Source: Blasia pusilla
Taxonomy: Eukaryota
DNA: 64,000 nt
Direction: 5' to 3'
Assembly: GCA_050084515.1 (NCBI GenBank)
Contig: CM114271.1
Span: 9,114,001-9,178,000 of the forward strand
Shown piece by piece: positions 1 to 11,098 of the stretch. A model generated the notes under the pieces. The model was not told the origin of the DNA, did not search any database, and was given only the letters and a program-made list of their open reading frames with translations. How positions within the stretch are numbered: the stretch's first letter is position 1; each line of letters starts with the position of its first letter. A program made the position numbers and the translations under genes.

Positions 1-573
1 TTTTTCATGAGTTGAGACGGATCATGCGACCGATAGCTCCCGGTTGGGAGTATCTCGGTAGTCACATCACCGAGTCGTATGATGTACTAGTTGGAGGAGC
101 AATATTGTACCCGATGGGTTTTCGGATGGATTCTTGGATCGAGACAAGCGTCTTCTTGAGACCATGTTGGCAGTCCGGGATGGACGTATGAGCCAAGTTC
201 TGTGAGATTTATTTCGGGGCTCGACCAGAGGGTCTTCCCCAACAAAGTGTTAGCATCTGTGGGCTGGTTTTAGTGGAGTAGTCACTTGGCCAGGAGACTT
301 TTGGAGGGTAATGTTTCTGCTATGGATTCTCCTGCGCATGAGGAGGTAGAGGAGGTCCCTATTTTTGCAGCATCCTCATCGTTGGATGTGCCACTTTGGA
401 GTTCAGGCAGTGCACTACGGCAGGAGGCTAATCGCCTAGTGCAGGAGGCTTGGTGTGAGGCTATTATACCTCACGAGGAAGAGGAGGCCCCACGGCGGAC
501 TCCTACTTCTGGTCCAGTTGGGTTATCCCCTTTGGATACTGCATCCATTGTATGGCAGTATCCGCAGGAGGGT

Positions 574-1520
574 ATTTGTGTGTTAGATCTCTTTGGTGGG
601 ATTAGCACTGGTTTGGCTGCAATGTTGCAGGCCGGTATTCCTGTGTGGAGATACGTGTATGTGGAGCGAGATGAGACGGCCCAGAGAGTCTCATCTCGAC
701 ATATTGGTCAGTTGATGCGGAGATACCCTGAGTTGTTGCCGCCATCAGGTATTCGTGGGTACCAGCGTGCTTTACCATCACACATTGCATTGTTGGGGGC
801 GCAGGACCTTGAGAGGGTTGGTCCTGTGGATTTGGTGATTCTTTGGATGGCCATGTCGTGGTCATACACGTCTTTGGTCGTGGTGAGGGATTACATGACC
901 CTAGGTCTCGATTGTTTTGGGAGATGTTACGGGTGTTACGACATCTTCAGGTTCATCGCACACGTGCTCTAGCTTACATTCCGAGAATGTTCCATTGTTG
1001 GGTGACACTCGACCCGGATGATGGCGAGTGTTCATGAGGTGCGGTCTTGGATTGGACCAGCGGTGTTGTTGAATGCAGCGAGTTGGCTCAGCGTGCACAT
1101 CGCCCACGCTTGTGGTGGACAAACTTGTTGCCTAGGGAGGTTCTACGTCGAGCATATGATGCAAAGGCGGGATCCTCGCCTTACGTGGATAGTATCTTGA
1201 TCTTTGGGCGACTTTCTCAAGTGGTGAGGGTTATTGATCGGTCACCCATGGCGGTGGTGAACCGTGTGGGCACCCTAGGATGGCACTACCCACATTGTGA
1301 GTTTTCCCGCGTCACATGCCTACAGGGAAGGTGGCCCCGGGCTTGTATGGGATTCTCATGTGCGCGGCGGTTGGTGGAGCCTAACGCGATGAGAGAGAGC
1401 GTCGATGGGATTTACTATCGGGCGTGTGGCGGTTGCTTCTATTTCGAGGCTTCATGACGTCATGTGTTGGGTCGGGCCATGGACCTGAATTGTTTGACTT
1501 GGATTTTGAGTCTTGGTATG
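574..1520 (+). pseudogene. DNMT3-like C5-cytosine DNA methyltransferase domain within the gypsy polyprotein (frameshifted)
   Basis: Ordered motifs across frames: I VLDLFGGISTG; II YVYVERD; IV VDLVI/GWPCRG (GWPC 845-856); GLHDPRSRLFWEMLRVL; VI ENV (983-991); VIII HRPRLWWTNLLP; X RHVLGRAMDLNCLTWI (~1458-1505). Confidence 0.9.
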
Positions 1521-1869
1521 GCCGAGCGGCGTCGACTTGGACTATGTCTGTGGGTCTTCCACCCTTGTAATGAGCTCGATGGCTACCGGGGACGGTAGAG
1601 GCATCGGTGGGGCAAGGAGAGTAGTATTTTGCATCCTTGGAGTAAATGGGATGTAATGGTGGGCATGTGGAGTTGGTTGCTCATCTTTGGTGGTGGAGGA
1701 GTTATTTGCTCAGATGATGGTGTAGCTAAGGGTGTACGATCTTGTGAGGGGGTTGCGTAGCGACCAATGGCATCGCCCTCTCCTCTAGTGTGCCGGTGGA
1801 GGAGACTTGGGAGCCATTACTTGGGCCCAAGCTTACGGGAGGTGAGAAACGACGCTGACACAGTTCCTA

Positions 1870-4862
1870 CGTGCTTATAGGAGTTGTTTTGCCTTTAGCA
1901 TGAAGGAGTTGGGTTCTCTGGTTGGACCCGGTATACGGATTGATTTGGCTAGTGATACGCCAATCTTCCGTCGTCCCTACCGATATAGTGATATGGAGAG
2001 GGACTTGATTGAGTAGGACGTTGGACCTTTTGGAGGCTGGATTAGTGGAGTTGTCGAATGGAGAGTATGCATCCCACTTTGTCATGCTGCTAAAAAGGAT
2101 ATGCATGGCAACTACACGGATAGGCGGATGTGTGGAGATTACCGTCCTATCAATCGGCAAACCAAGGCCAATAGGTATGCCATGCCTACACCTGAGGAGA
2201 TCTTTGATGTGGTGGGACAAGCAAAGATTTTCAAGATTTTGATCTTGAGGCAGATACCATCAATTGCCGATTCGGGAGAGTGACAAGGCCAAGACAACAT
2301 TTTGGGGTGTCAACTCATGGCAAGGATTGTTTGTACCCGGTGGAAATTCTTACCCTTTGGGTTGAAGAATGCACTGCCGAGTTTCAAAGAGTGATGGGCG
2401 GGATCCTAGCAGGTTGGATTTTGTTCGGTGTTACATTGATGATATCTTGGTATTCAATAACACGGTGGAGGAGCATCAGATACATTTGCAGATGGTGTTT
2501 GAGAGGTTGAAAGCTCATGGTCTACGTTTGCATCCAGGAAAGTGTAAGTTCTTCCATGAGGATGTTGAGTACTTGGGTCATGTGATCTATCCAGGTGGTT
2601 TGGGAGTTCAGCAAGCAAAGGTGGAGGCTATTGCACTTATTCCACGTCCGGTAGATGTGAGTAGAGTTCGAGCATTCATGGGATTGGCGAACTACTATCG
2701 GAGGTATGTGAAGGGATTTAGTGCTATGGCAAAGCCTTTGAACCAATTGCTGAAATCACATCAAGAGTGACACTGGGGAGATGATCAGGAGAGAGCTTTT
2801 GTGGAGCTTAAGGCCTAGTTGGTGGCGGCGCCTATCTTGAGGAGACCTATCAAAGGGCGCCCATTTCAGTTACACACTGATTGGAGTAGGTTGGGACTTG
2901 GAGCGGTGTTGACACAACATGATGATGAGCACATGGAGTTTGTGGTGGCCTATGCAAGTCGTTCGAATAATGCAAATGAGTCGCGCTATATTTCATATGA
3001 GGGAGAGTGCTTGGCAAGAGAGTGTGGGTGGCACACTTTAGGTGTTACTTGTTTGGCACCCAGTTTACCCTTGTTGCGATCACCAACCGCTCAAGTGGTT
3101 GATGGAGTCGGACAAGCTTACAGGGAAGCTTGCACGGTGGGCTCTTATCTTACAAGAGTATGACTTCCAGGTGGTACATAGACCTGGAGTTGCCAACCTT
3201 GATGCTGATGGGTTGAGTAGGAACCTATGTACTAGCCAAGAGGATACAACAGGGGCTAGATGGCATGGCGAGGTTGATGAGGAGATGGTGCCAGGTTGGC
3301 ATGCATCCGCCTTTTTATGTTGGTTAGGGGTGGACTCTAGTATGGAGGACCACGTGATATCTTACTCTAGTCAGAGGGTAGATGGCCAGCCTTCAGATCC
3401 TAAGGTTGGAGATAATGGTACGGATCAGCGTGATATTCATGATGATGCGTTGGTGTTGGAGTTCCTACGGACCGGTAGGGTGCCAGGCATAGTGAGTGCC
3501 AAGGAGCGAGACCGTGTTCTTCAACGTGCTAAGAGGTATCGATTGAGGGAACACATATTCTCAGCGTGTGGGAGGATGGTAGAGTACGTAGTAGTGCCAC
3601 ATTTGGCTCAGAGAGCGCGACAGCGACATGCCCATGAGGAGTTGGGACATTTTGGGGTAAAGCGTACGTATAGCTTACTCCTTGGCCAATATTGGTGGCG
3701 TGGCATGCATACTCAGGTGCAGCAGTTGGTGTCACGTTGTATGGTTTGTGACCGGGTGAGGGCATCATTTAATGCCCCTACACCACAATTACACCCCTTG
3801 CCTATTATGGGGTTGGGTTACCGTTGGAGTGTGGACTTTGCGGGACCGTTACCGTTGACTGTACGACATCATCGATATGTGTTGGTGATGGTGGAGCACT
3901 TCTCCAAGTGGATTGAGTTGGTGGCATTACCGGACAAGGCGAGTGAGGGAACGACGTATGCATTTCTGGATAGAGTGCTTAGTCATTTTGGTGCACCAGC
4001 TGAAGTGCTGACCGACCAGGTCTGAGTTTCAGTGGTGAGTTTCAGGTCTTGTGTGACAAGGCGTTGATTGATCATCGGACCACGTCTCGAGAACATCCGA
4101 GGCGGATGGTTTGGCTGAGCGTGTGGTTCAGACGGTGAAGAGGGCATTGCGCAAGTATGGCCTCTGAAGGGCCATCTTGAGCCAGGATATTTAGTTGCCA
4201 TGGTTAGCCATGGGGTATAGGTTCAGTCGCCAAGCATCCTTGGCTTCCTTCTCACCTTATTTTATGTTATACGGCCGAGATCCACACTTGCCAGCAGCAA
4301 TTCGTCGGGAGTCTAGTGAGGTGGTGAACCTTGATGACCCGAGAGATGTGGATGAGGGTGTGTTCTCAACGAGCGGAGCTCTTTCGGAGAGTTATGCCCA
4401 TGACCTTTGAGAATCTTGCCATTGCTCAACACAGGGATACGTTGCGGTATGCAACCATTCGAGGTGGAGGTTATCGACCATCAATTCGTAGGTTCCATGT
4501 GGGGGACTATGTCTATTTGCAGCAGATTGCCCCAACAACATTGGATGTGACGGCAGGCCGCACTATTTTGAGTCTTGCGAGGTGTTAGCTTCGGAGTTCT
4601 CATGTTGGAGGGTCGTGATGGAGTTGTTTGGAAGGACCATGTGCGTAATTGTGCGCCATGTCATCTTCCAAATGTGGATGGTATCATTGACCCAAGCTTA
4701 GCCATGATATGTGCTAGCTTGAGGTGCATGTTGTGTGGGTCTGTGCGGTAACGGCCCGTATGTTGGTGTGTGATCGGTGTTCTAGGGGTTGGCACATGAT
4801 GTGTTTGACTCCACGTTTGGATGTTGTTCCTCTTTGGAAGGTGGGTTTGTCCTCGATGTACT
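1870..4862 (+). pseudogene. pol: Gypsy pol remnant: RT, RNase H, integrase, C-terminal PHD finger
   Basis: ORF fragments 2009-2242, 2101-2283 (RMCGDYRPIN), 2369-2770 (YIDD), 2819-3163, 3042-4025, 4331-4588; colinear with and similar to 5689-8166. Confidence 0.92.
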
Positions 4863-5036
4863 TAGGAGAGGTAGATGACTTGATCTTTGCATGATATGGA
4901 TTACGGATGTGCGACTAACAATGGGGCAACCTAGCACCCGGCCTTTCGATTCGGGCACCCAAGAAGGTGTATAGCATGTAGTAGATGTATAGGGCTACCC
5001 GGGAGTTAGAGGACCTAACCGCTTGATTAGGGGGCG

Positions 5037-5617
5037 AGTTGTGGTACACTTGCGTTTGTGGATACTCGTCTATGTTATGTACGTATGTGAGTATGGTATG
5101 TCGGCGATGTATGTTGTATGACGATGTGGATTCGCACGACAGCTGTCATGACCATACGGATTATGTTGTAGAGTATAGTGTGCTAGTAGAGGTCATTCCT
5201 TATGTAGGACCGTAGTGGATTGGTAGAGATGCGGTTCCATACATAGGGTTGGGGTTACTCGGTTGGGGTGAGTTTCCCAAAGAGGGGCCCGCTCTTAGGT
5301 TGGAGGATATAAGGTGGAGTGCACTCAAAGAACAGTCACTTCTTTGAGTTGAGCCTGTTGCATTGGGAGTTAGCCTTGGTAGTGAGTAGAGCTCTTGGCT
5401 ATGGTGTTTCCCGCAAGCTTCGACCTAGATTCTCCCATCGTGGAGTGGGTTTGGCTCGATTGTATGTGATTGTAAACGTGTTTTATGACAGTAGGTCTTT
5501 CACGGATTTCAGTTGTGGTACACTTGCGTTTGTGGATACTCTCGTCTATGTTATGTACGTATGTGAGTATGGTATGTCAGCGATGTATGTTGTATGACGA
5601 TGTGGATTCGCACGACA
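5037..5617 (+). repeat. 3' terminal structure of gypsy copy 1: ~106 bp block (5037-5142) repeated at 5511-5618 around a TGTCATG-initiated segment (starts 5144)
   Basis: Near-identical direct repeats AGTTGTGGTACAC...TCGCACGACAG; internal junction GACAGCTGTC; preceded by AGGGGGCGAG. Confidence 0.88.
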
Positions 5618-5619
5618 GG

Positions 5620-8166
5620 AGAGATTGCTTGTATCAGTGGCGGTTCTTACCATTTGGGTTGAAGAACGCGCCTGTAGAGTTTTAGAGAGTGATGGATAGG
5701 ATTCGGGCTCACTTAGATTTTGTACGATGTTACATAGATGATATTCTTATCTTCAGTTCCACGGTTGAGGAGCATGAGCGACACTTGGAGGAGGTATTTC
5801 GGCAATTGCAGTTACATGGATTGAAGTTACATCCAGGCAAGTGCAGATTCTTTCAGGAGCAGATTGAGTACTTGGGACACATCATATATCCGAGTGGGTT
5901 AGGCGTTCAGCAGACGAAGGTAGAGGCTACTGTGCAGATTCCACGCCCTACAGATGTGAGTCGAGTCCAAGCATTTCTTGGACTGGCAAACTTCTATCGA
6001 CGGTATGTCAAGGGTTTTAGTGCGATCGCAAAGTCTTTGACATTGTTGAGGAGACTTGATCAAGTGTGGTTGTGGGGAGATGATCAGGAGCGAGCATTTC
6101 AGGAGCTCAAGGACAGGTTGACGTCCTCACCCATTTTACAGAGACCGGTTAGGGGTCGCCCATTCCAGTTACATACGGATTGGAGCATGTTGGTTCTAGG
6201 AGCAATGCTTACTCAGAGGAATGACAAGGAGAGGGAGTTCGTTGTGGCTTACGCGAGCCGATCGAACAACATTGCAGAGGCGAAGTACAGCTCCTACGAG
6301 GGAGAGTGCTTGGCTGTAGTGTGGGCCGTGGCACATTTTAGGTGCTATTTATTCGGCAACCCTTTCACACTTATCACTGATCATCAGCCGCTGAGGTGGT
6401 TGATGGAGTCCGACAAGCTTACGGGAAAGCTTGCCAGGTGGGCTCTATTACTACATGAGTATGAGTTTGAGGTGGTTCATAGGCCAGGTCGGCTGAACCA
6501 GGATGCGGATGGGTTGAGTCGTAACCCATGTCCGAGTCAGAGAGACGACACAGGAGCTCAATGGCACGGAGAGAGTGATGAGGAGATGGTGCCCGGTTGG
6601 CATGCATCTGCCTATCTTTGTTGGTTGACTACGGCAGGTCATCCACAGGTGATGACTCCAGTGGTGGGGTTGGATGATGAGTCTTTGGATCCGGAGGTTA
6701 GTGAGGAGGCGATAGGTGGTCGTGATATCCATGACGAAGTGGAGGTTGTGGAGTTCTTGCGCACTGGCGTCATTGCGAGTACAGTGAGTGCTAGGGAGCG
6801 GGATCGGATCCTACAGAGAGCCAAGAGGTTCAGGTGGGAGGGGACTCACATTTTTCGGGTATGGGGAGATGGTAGGATACGAGTGGTACCTCATCCTTCC
6901 CAGCAAGCACATGTAGTGCGACATGCCCATGAGGAGTTGGGACATTTCGGAGTAAAGCGTACTTACAGCTTACTCCAGGTTCAATATTGGTGGCACGGCA
7001 TGCATACTGGGCTACTGCAGTTTGTGGCCAGATGTATGGTATGTGACAGAGTGCGAGCATCCTTCAATGATCCCACTCCGTAGTTACATCCTTTGCAGAT
7101 TATCGGTTTAGGTTATCGGTGGAGTTTAGACTTTGCGGGACCTTTGCCATTGACAGGGCGTCATCATAGGTACGTGTTGGTCATGGTGGAGCATTTCTCC
7201 AAGTGGATAGAGTTGGTGGCACTACTAGACAAGGCGAGCGAGGGAACAACTTATGCATTTCTAGATTGTGTGCTTAGTCACTTTGGTGCACCGGCGGAGG
7301 TGTTGACTGACCAGGGTACCGAGTTCAAGGGAGAGTTTCAGGCCTTGTGTGATCAGGCGTTGATAGATCACCGCACCACGTCCAGAGATCATCCTGAGGC
7401 GGATGGGTTGGCGGAGAGAGTGGTACAGACGGTGAAGAGAGGATTGCGCAAATATGGCTTGCAGCGGGGACAGTTGAGGGAGTGGGACCTACAGTTGCCA
7501 TGGTTAGCTATGGGTTATCGCTTTAGTCAGCAGGCATCCTTGGCGTCATTTTCACCGTACTTTTTGCTCTTTGGGAGAGAGCCAGATTTACCTGCAGCGA
7601 CTCGACGTGACATGGCGGAGGTGTTAGATCTTGATGATCCAGATGTGTGGATACAAGCATGTTCTCAGAGGGCAGAAGTTTTTCGTAGAGTTATGCCTAT
7701 GGCCTTTGAGAACTTACCTATTTCCCAGCATAGAGATACATTGAGGTACGCAACCATTCGTGGAGGAGGTTATCGTCTAGGGATTAGGAGGTTTCATCAT
7801 GGAGATGACGTGTATTTACAGCAGGCGGCACCCATGATGCTAGATGTCACTACAGGGCGCACGATCCTACGCGTGCGCGAGGTATTATCGTCCGGAGTCC
7901 TCATATTGGAGGGACGGGATGGTATGGTTTGGAAGGATCATGTGCGTAATTGTGCGCCATGTCATCTTCCGAACATAGATGGGACGGTGGATTCGAGCTT
8001 GGCAGTGGTGCCTGCAGGCTTGAGGTGTATGTTGTGCGGATCTGCGAGGGGTGCAGCCACCATGTTGGTATGTGATGGTTGTTCTCGAGGGTGGCATATG
8101 TCATGTCTGACCCCCCCTCTTGATGTGGTTCCCACGGGACGATGGATGTGTCCGAGATGTGTATAG
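5620..8166 (+). pseudogene. pol: Gypsy pol 3' half (RT-RNase H-integrase-PHD) in a single frame with two in-frame TAG stops
   Basis: ORFs 5485-5685, 5689-7083 and 7093-8166 share one frame; YIDD 5731-5742; integrase SLDFAG/TDQG/AERVVQT; PHD CMLC..CDGC..HMSC..WMCPRC 8026-8160. Confidence 0.93.
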
Positions 8167-8259
8167 GGTGTGTGCGCCCCTTCATGAGTGACTCCCATGT
8201 GTGTTAGATACTTTTGGGACTCTAGTTAGGTGAGTAGAAGGAGCTAGAACAACAATCTG

Positions 8260-8710
8260 CAATTTAAATGGGATCATTGGTGCCATTCGGACCAAGATAG
8301 TGGCAGCTCACATATCGAGTTGGGACAGAAATTAGCTTCATTTGTCCATGCTTACAACTCGGTGAGAAGAGCACCACAGGGAAAAGTCCCTACTTCTTGG
8401 TGTATGGGCGAGAACCCTCTCCCGGTAGTAGAGTTGGAGTTGAAGACTGATCATACTCTAGAAGGGCACTTCCAACCTGAAGGTGGCAAAGATAGCAAGT
8501 GGATATGATTGATGCCCTAGAGGAGGAGAGAAAGGCGACATTAGAGAAGACCAAGGCCGTTCAAAGACCAAAGGAAGATGAGGTTTGATAACCGAATACA
8601 ACATGATCAAAGTGAAGGAGGGGACATGGTCTTTGATGTATGATAGTCGACCCCAAAAGTTTCCAAGAAAGCTACACATTCGATTGTTTAGGCCTTATCG
8701 GGTGAGGAGC
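8260..8710 (+). pseudogene. Integrase C-terminal fragment of a different, non-chromoviral gypsy element
   Basis: WDRKLASFVHAYN...YFLVYG...LMYDSRPQKFPRKLHIRLFRPYRV resembles the C-terminus of ORF 60182-61060. Confidence 0.7.
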
Positions 8711-9020
8711 GGTGAGGAGATCAGTGAGATCAGTGAGGAGCAAAGAGGAAGTAATTATCACCGAGGAGATCAGGTGAGATCGTAAGGAGCGGTGAGGAGA
8801 TCAGGTGAGGAGCGGTGAGGAGATCAGGTGAGATCTGTGAGTGAGAACAGGAAGTAATGATCAGGTGAGAGCAGCAGGAAGTAATTAGCGGTGAGGAGAT
8901 CAGGTGAGATCAGGTGAGGAGCAGCAGGGAAGTAATTATCAGCTGAGGAGCAGCAGGGAGATCAGGTGAGATCAGGTGAGGAGCAGTTGAGGAGATCAGG
9001 TGAGATCAGGTGAGGAGCAC
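8700..9020 (+). repeat. Degenerate short tandem repeat (GGTGAGATCA / GGTGAGGAGATCA / GGAAGTAAT units)
   Basis: Directly visible reiterated 10-13 bp units. Confidence 0.85.
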
Positions 9021-10338
9021 CCAAGGGAATCTCGAACCAGCTTGAGAAGAAGCAAGCTTGGGAAATGCTAGTGAGAACAGGTTGAAGTAGATGAGGTCGA
9101 AATTTCAGGCAGTAGATGCCTTGGAGTAGATGCTTAGGGGGAGGTAGATTTTTAGGAAGGTAGGAACCCAGAATACCAGAGAAGCTCAAGGAAGAAGAGG
9201 GCTCTCAACTTCACTTATAAATACTCTGGTGGGTTTGCTTGAAGGGGCATAGACATCTTTGTTGGCTAGTAGACACTCGATCTCTTGAGCCAAGCTAACC
9301 AAAGACAGTTTTGTGCTCCCAGTCTAGGTAGTGTGTAGTGTGCTTGAAGGGGGCTGAGACTAAGAAGGTCTCTCATGTACTCTATGATTTTGTGATACAC
9401 AGGAGGTAGCCCTGTGAAATGAGTTCACACCATTGCCTTGTATCCGAGTATGTGCATGATTGAGTGATGAGTTGGGGAAGGGCTTGATGTGAAGGAGATT
9501 CTTGGAGATGATTCAACTAATCATTCAAAAGTGCAGGGAGAGGACAAGAGGATCTACCAAGAGAGGGGAGGCAAGCTTGGGTTCCAAGATTGTGCTCCAC
9601 CAAGGTGTGCTTGGAAAGCTTTCATTCGCCCCACCTAAGCTTGGCCTTTGACACCAATCACATGATTACTTCGAGGTGTGACAACTTGGACTTCGGGTCT
9701 GGTAAGTGATAAGAGTTAGTGAGTGGAGAGAGAGAGAGGGTCATGCTTGAGCTCCTGCAGGTAGAAGACCATGGGCTCGGCTGTTAAGTCTCCTACTACC
9801 GAACAAGAAGGGAGAACAGCAGATCAGCAAGGTACGAGGAGAAGAAGAAGGTGATTGCACTACCGATCGGTTAGGAGTCGGGTGTACTTTAGAGGATGCC
9901 TTGGTACATTCAACTAGTCCAAGGCAAAGACATTGGAGGACCTTATCTTTGCCGTGGTCATCCTTGATTTGTGAATTCTAAGTAGAGTGTGCTTGTTGGG
10001 TTCCACTGGCCACTCCACTCAAAGCACTCAAGAGAAAGGAAGGAGTTTTGGTTAGTAGGGTGAGGATAGGATTGTGATCTTGAAGTGGAGAGAGTTCCCC
10101 AGCCTCTTAAGGTAAAGAGGTGGGGTTCTGATGAGTTAAGGAGTATATCTTGCAGATCTGACTTCTGATCTGGCCCTAAGCTCTTACATGGGACCGAACT
10201 GGTGGAACTAGCAACAGTTTCACCTGGGTTATGTGCTGGCCATGTATTACCTGGTGAGACAGGGTGGTAGGTCATATCAGAGAGATGTGATATTTTCTAT
10301 CTAGAGTTGGGGGGATCCAATTGCCAGCTAGGGGGGCG

Positions 10339-11098
10339 GTTGTGTGATCTCCATGTATATGTATGAGTTGATTTTATGTACATATGTGGATCGACCCGTA
10401 TGTGGGAAATATCGATATTGTGTGGTGTAGATGTGACCAACCATGTATGTTGTGTAGCGATATGTATGCGCACGACAGCTGTCACATCTGAGTAGCCGAT
10501 AGGCCGAGATCTATCGTGGATAGGGCGTAGAAGCCAGCGGACTATCTTGAGTGTAACTTTGTCCCACGGTGTCAGATGAGGTTGAGGATAGATCCATTGT
10601 GTCAATAACGTCGTTTCTGACAACTTTCATGTTGAGGTCTTTTACAGCCGGGTGACTTGTTAACCAGGTCACCCGTCCCTGGTAACCTCTGCGCGTAGGT
10701 TACCAAGGGGAGGGATATTTTTAGGGGAAGAGCCTTTTGGCTCTTCCCAACCCTATATAAGAGAGGAAGATGGATTTCCTAAGCCATCTTTCTCATGTTG
10801 GGCCGTTGGAGCACCTCCCTTGTATGTGTGTGAGCTAGGACTAGGGTGCTAGCGTCCGGATTCCTTTATAGCACAGGGTGGACCAGGCTCGATATGCCGA
10901 TGTAGATTGAGGAGTGGAGTTTTAGGCCGGGTGTGCCATTTTTACTACTCTTTACTTTTGTTGTGTGATCTCCATGTATATGTATGAGTTGATTTTATAT
11001 ACATGTGTGGATCGACCCGTGTGTGGGGAAGATCGGTGTTGTGTGGTGTAGATGTGACCAGCGATGTATGTTGTGTAGCGATATGTATGCGCACGACA
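10339..11098 (+). repeat. 3' terminal structure of gypsy copy 2: 139 bp block (10339-10477) repeated at 10960-11098 around a TGTCAC-initiated segment (starts 10480)
   Basis: Direct repeats GTTGTGTGATCTCC...GCGCACGACA; junction GACAGCTGTC; preceded by AGGGGGGCGG; TATATAA at ~10754. Confidence 0.88.

Larger units (their letters stand above)
1..5617 (+). mobile_element. Ty3/gypsy LTR retrotransposon copy 1 (5' part outside window): PR end - C5 DNA methyltransferase - RT - RNase H - integrase - PHD finger - 3' terminal repeat
   Basis: Protease-like C-terminus ESYDVLVGGAILYPMGF from 72; DNMT motifs 574-1520; RT YIDD 2432-2443; RNase H LHTDWS...YASRS...EGECLA; integrase HEELGH..CMVC and SVDFAGP; PHD 4725-4859; purine-rich tract 5029-5038; ends ...CACGACA at 5617. 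Many frameshifts and stops. Confidence 0.92.
5618..11098 (+). mobile_element. Ty3/gypsy copy 2 of the same family (3' half), interrupted in RT by copy 1 and in its 3' UTR by unrelated retroelement DNA
   Basis: RT reading frame resumes immediately after 5617 (RDCLYQWRFLPFGLKNAP, cf. KDCLY in copy 1). A B-A-B terminus of the same type lies at 10339-11098; its assignment to this copy is inferred. Confidence 0.8.

Noticed and set aside
286-1520. Host DNMT3/DRM gene or bacterial restriction-modification methylase
   Set aside because: No introns, regulatory domains or partner nuclease; the domain is flanked on the same strand by protease-like and RT sequence.
9020-10300. LTR-like or internal retroelement sequence
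   Set aside because: No second copy, clear termini or TSD found in the window, so it was not annotated as a defined feature.
5037-11098. Treating 5037-5617 and 10339-11098 as the 5' and 3' LTRs of one element
   Set aside because: They differ over most of their length, and the first is followed by mid-RT sequence with no PBS or gag.
1-11098. DIRS/Ngaro tyrosine-recombinase retroelement
   Set aside because: Despite the split-repeat-like ends, a DDE integrase with an HHCC motif is present and no YR motifs were seen.
10945-11098. C-terminus of ORF 10952-11641 as part of the transposase
   Set aside because: It is read-through into the gypsy terminal repeat; the homologous copy at ~48570 continues differently.
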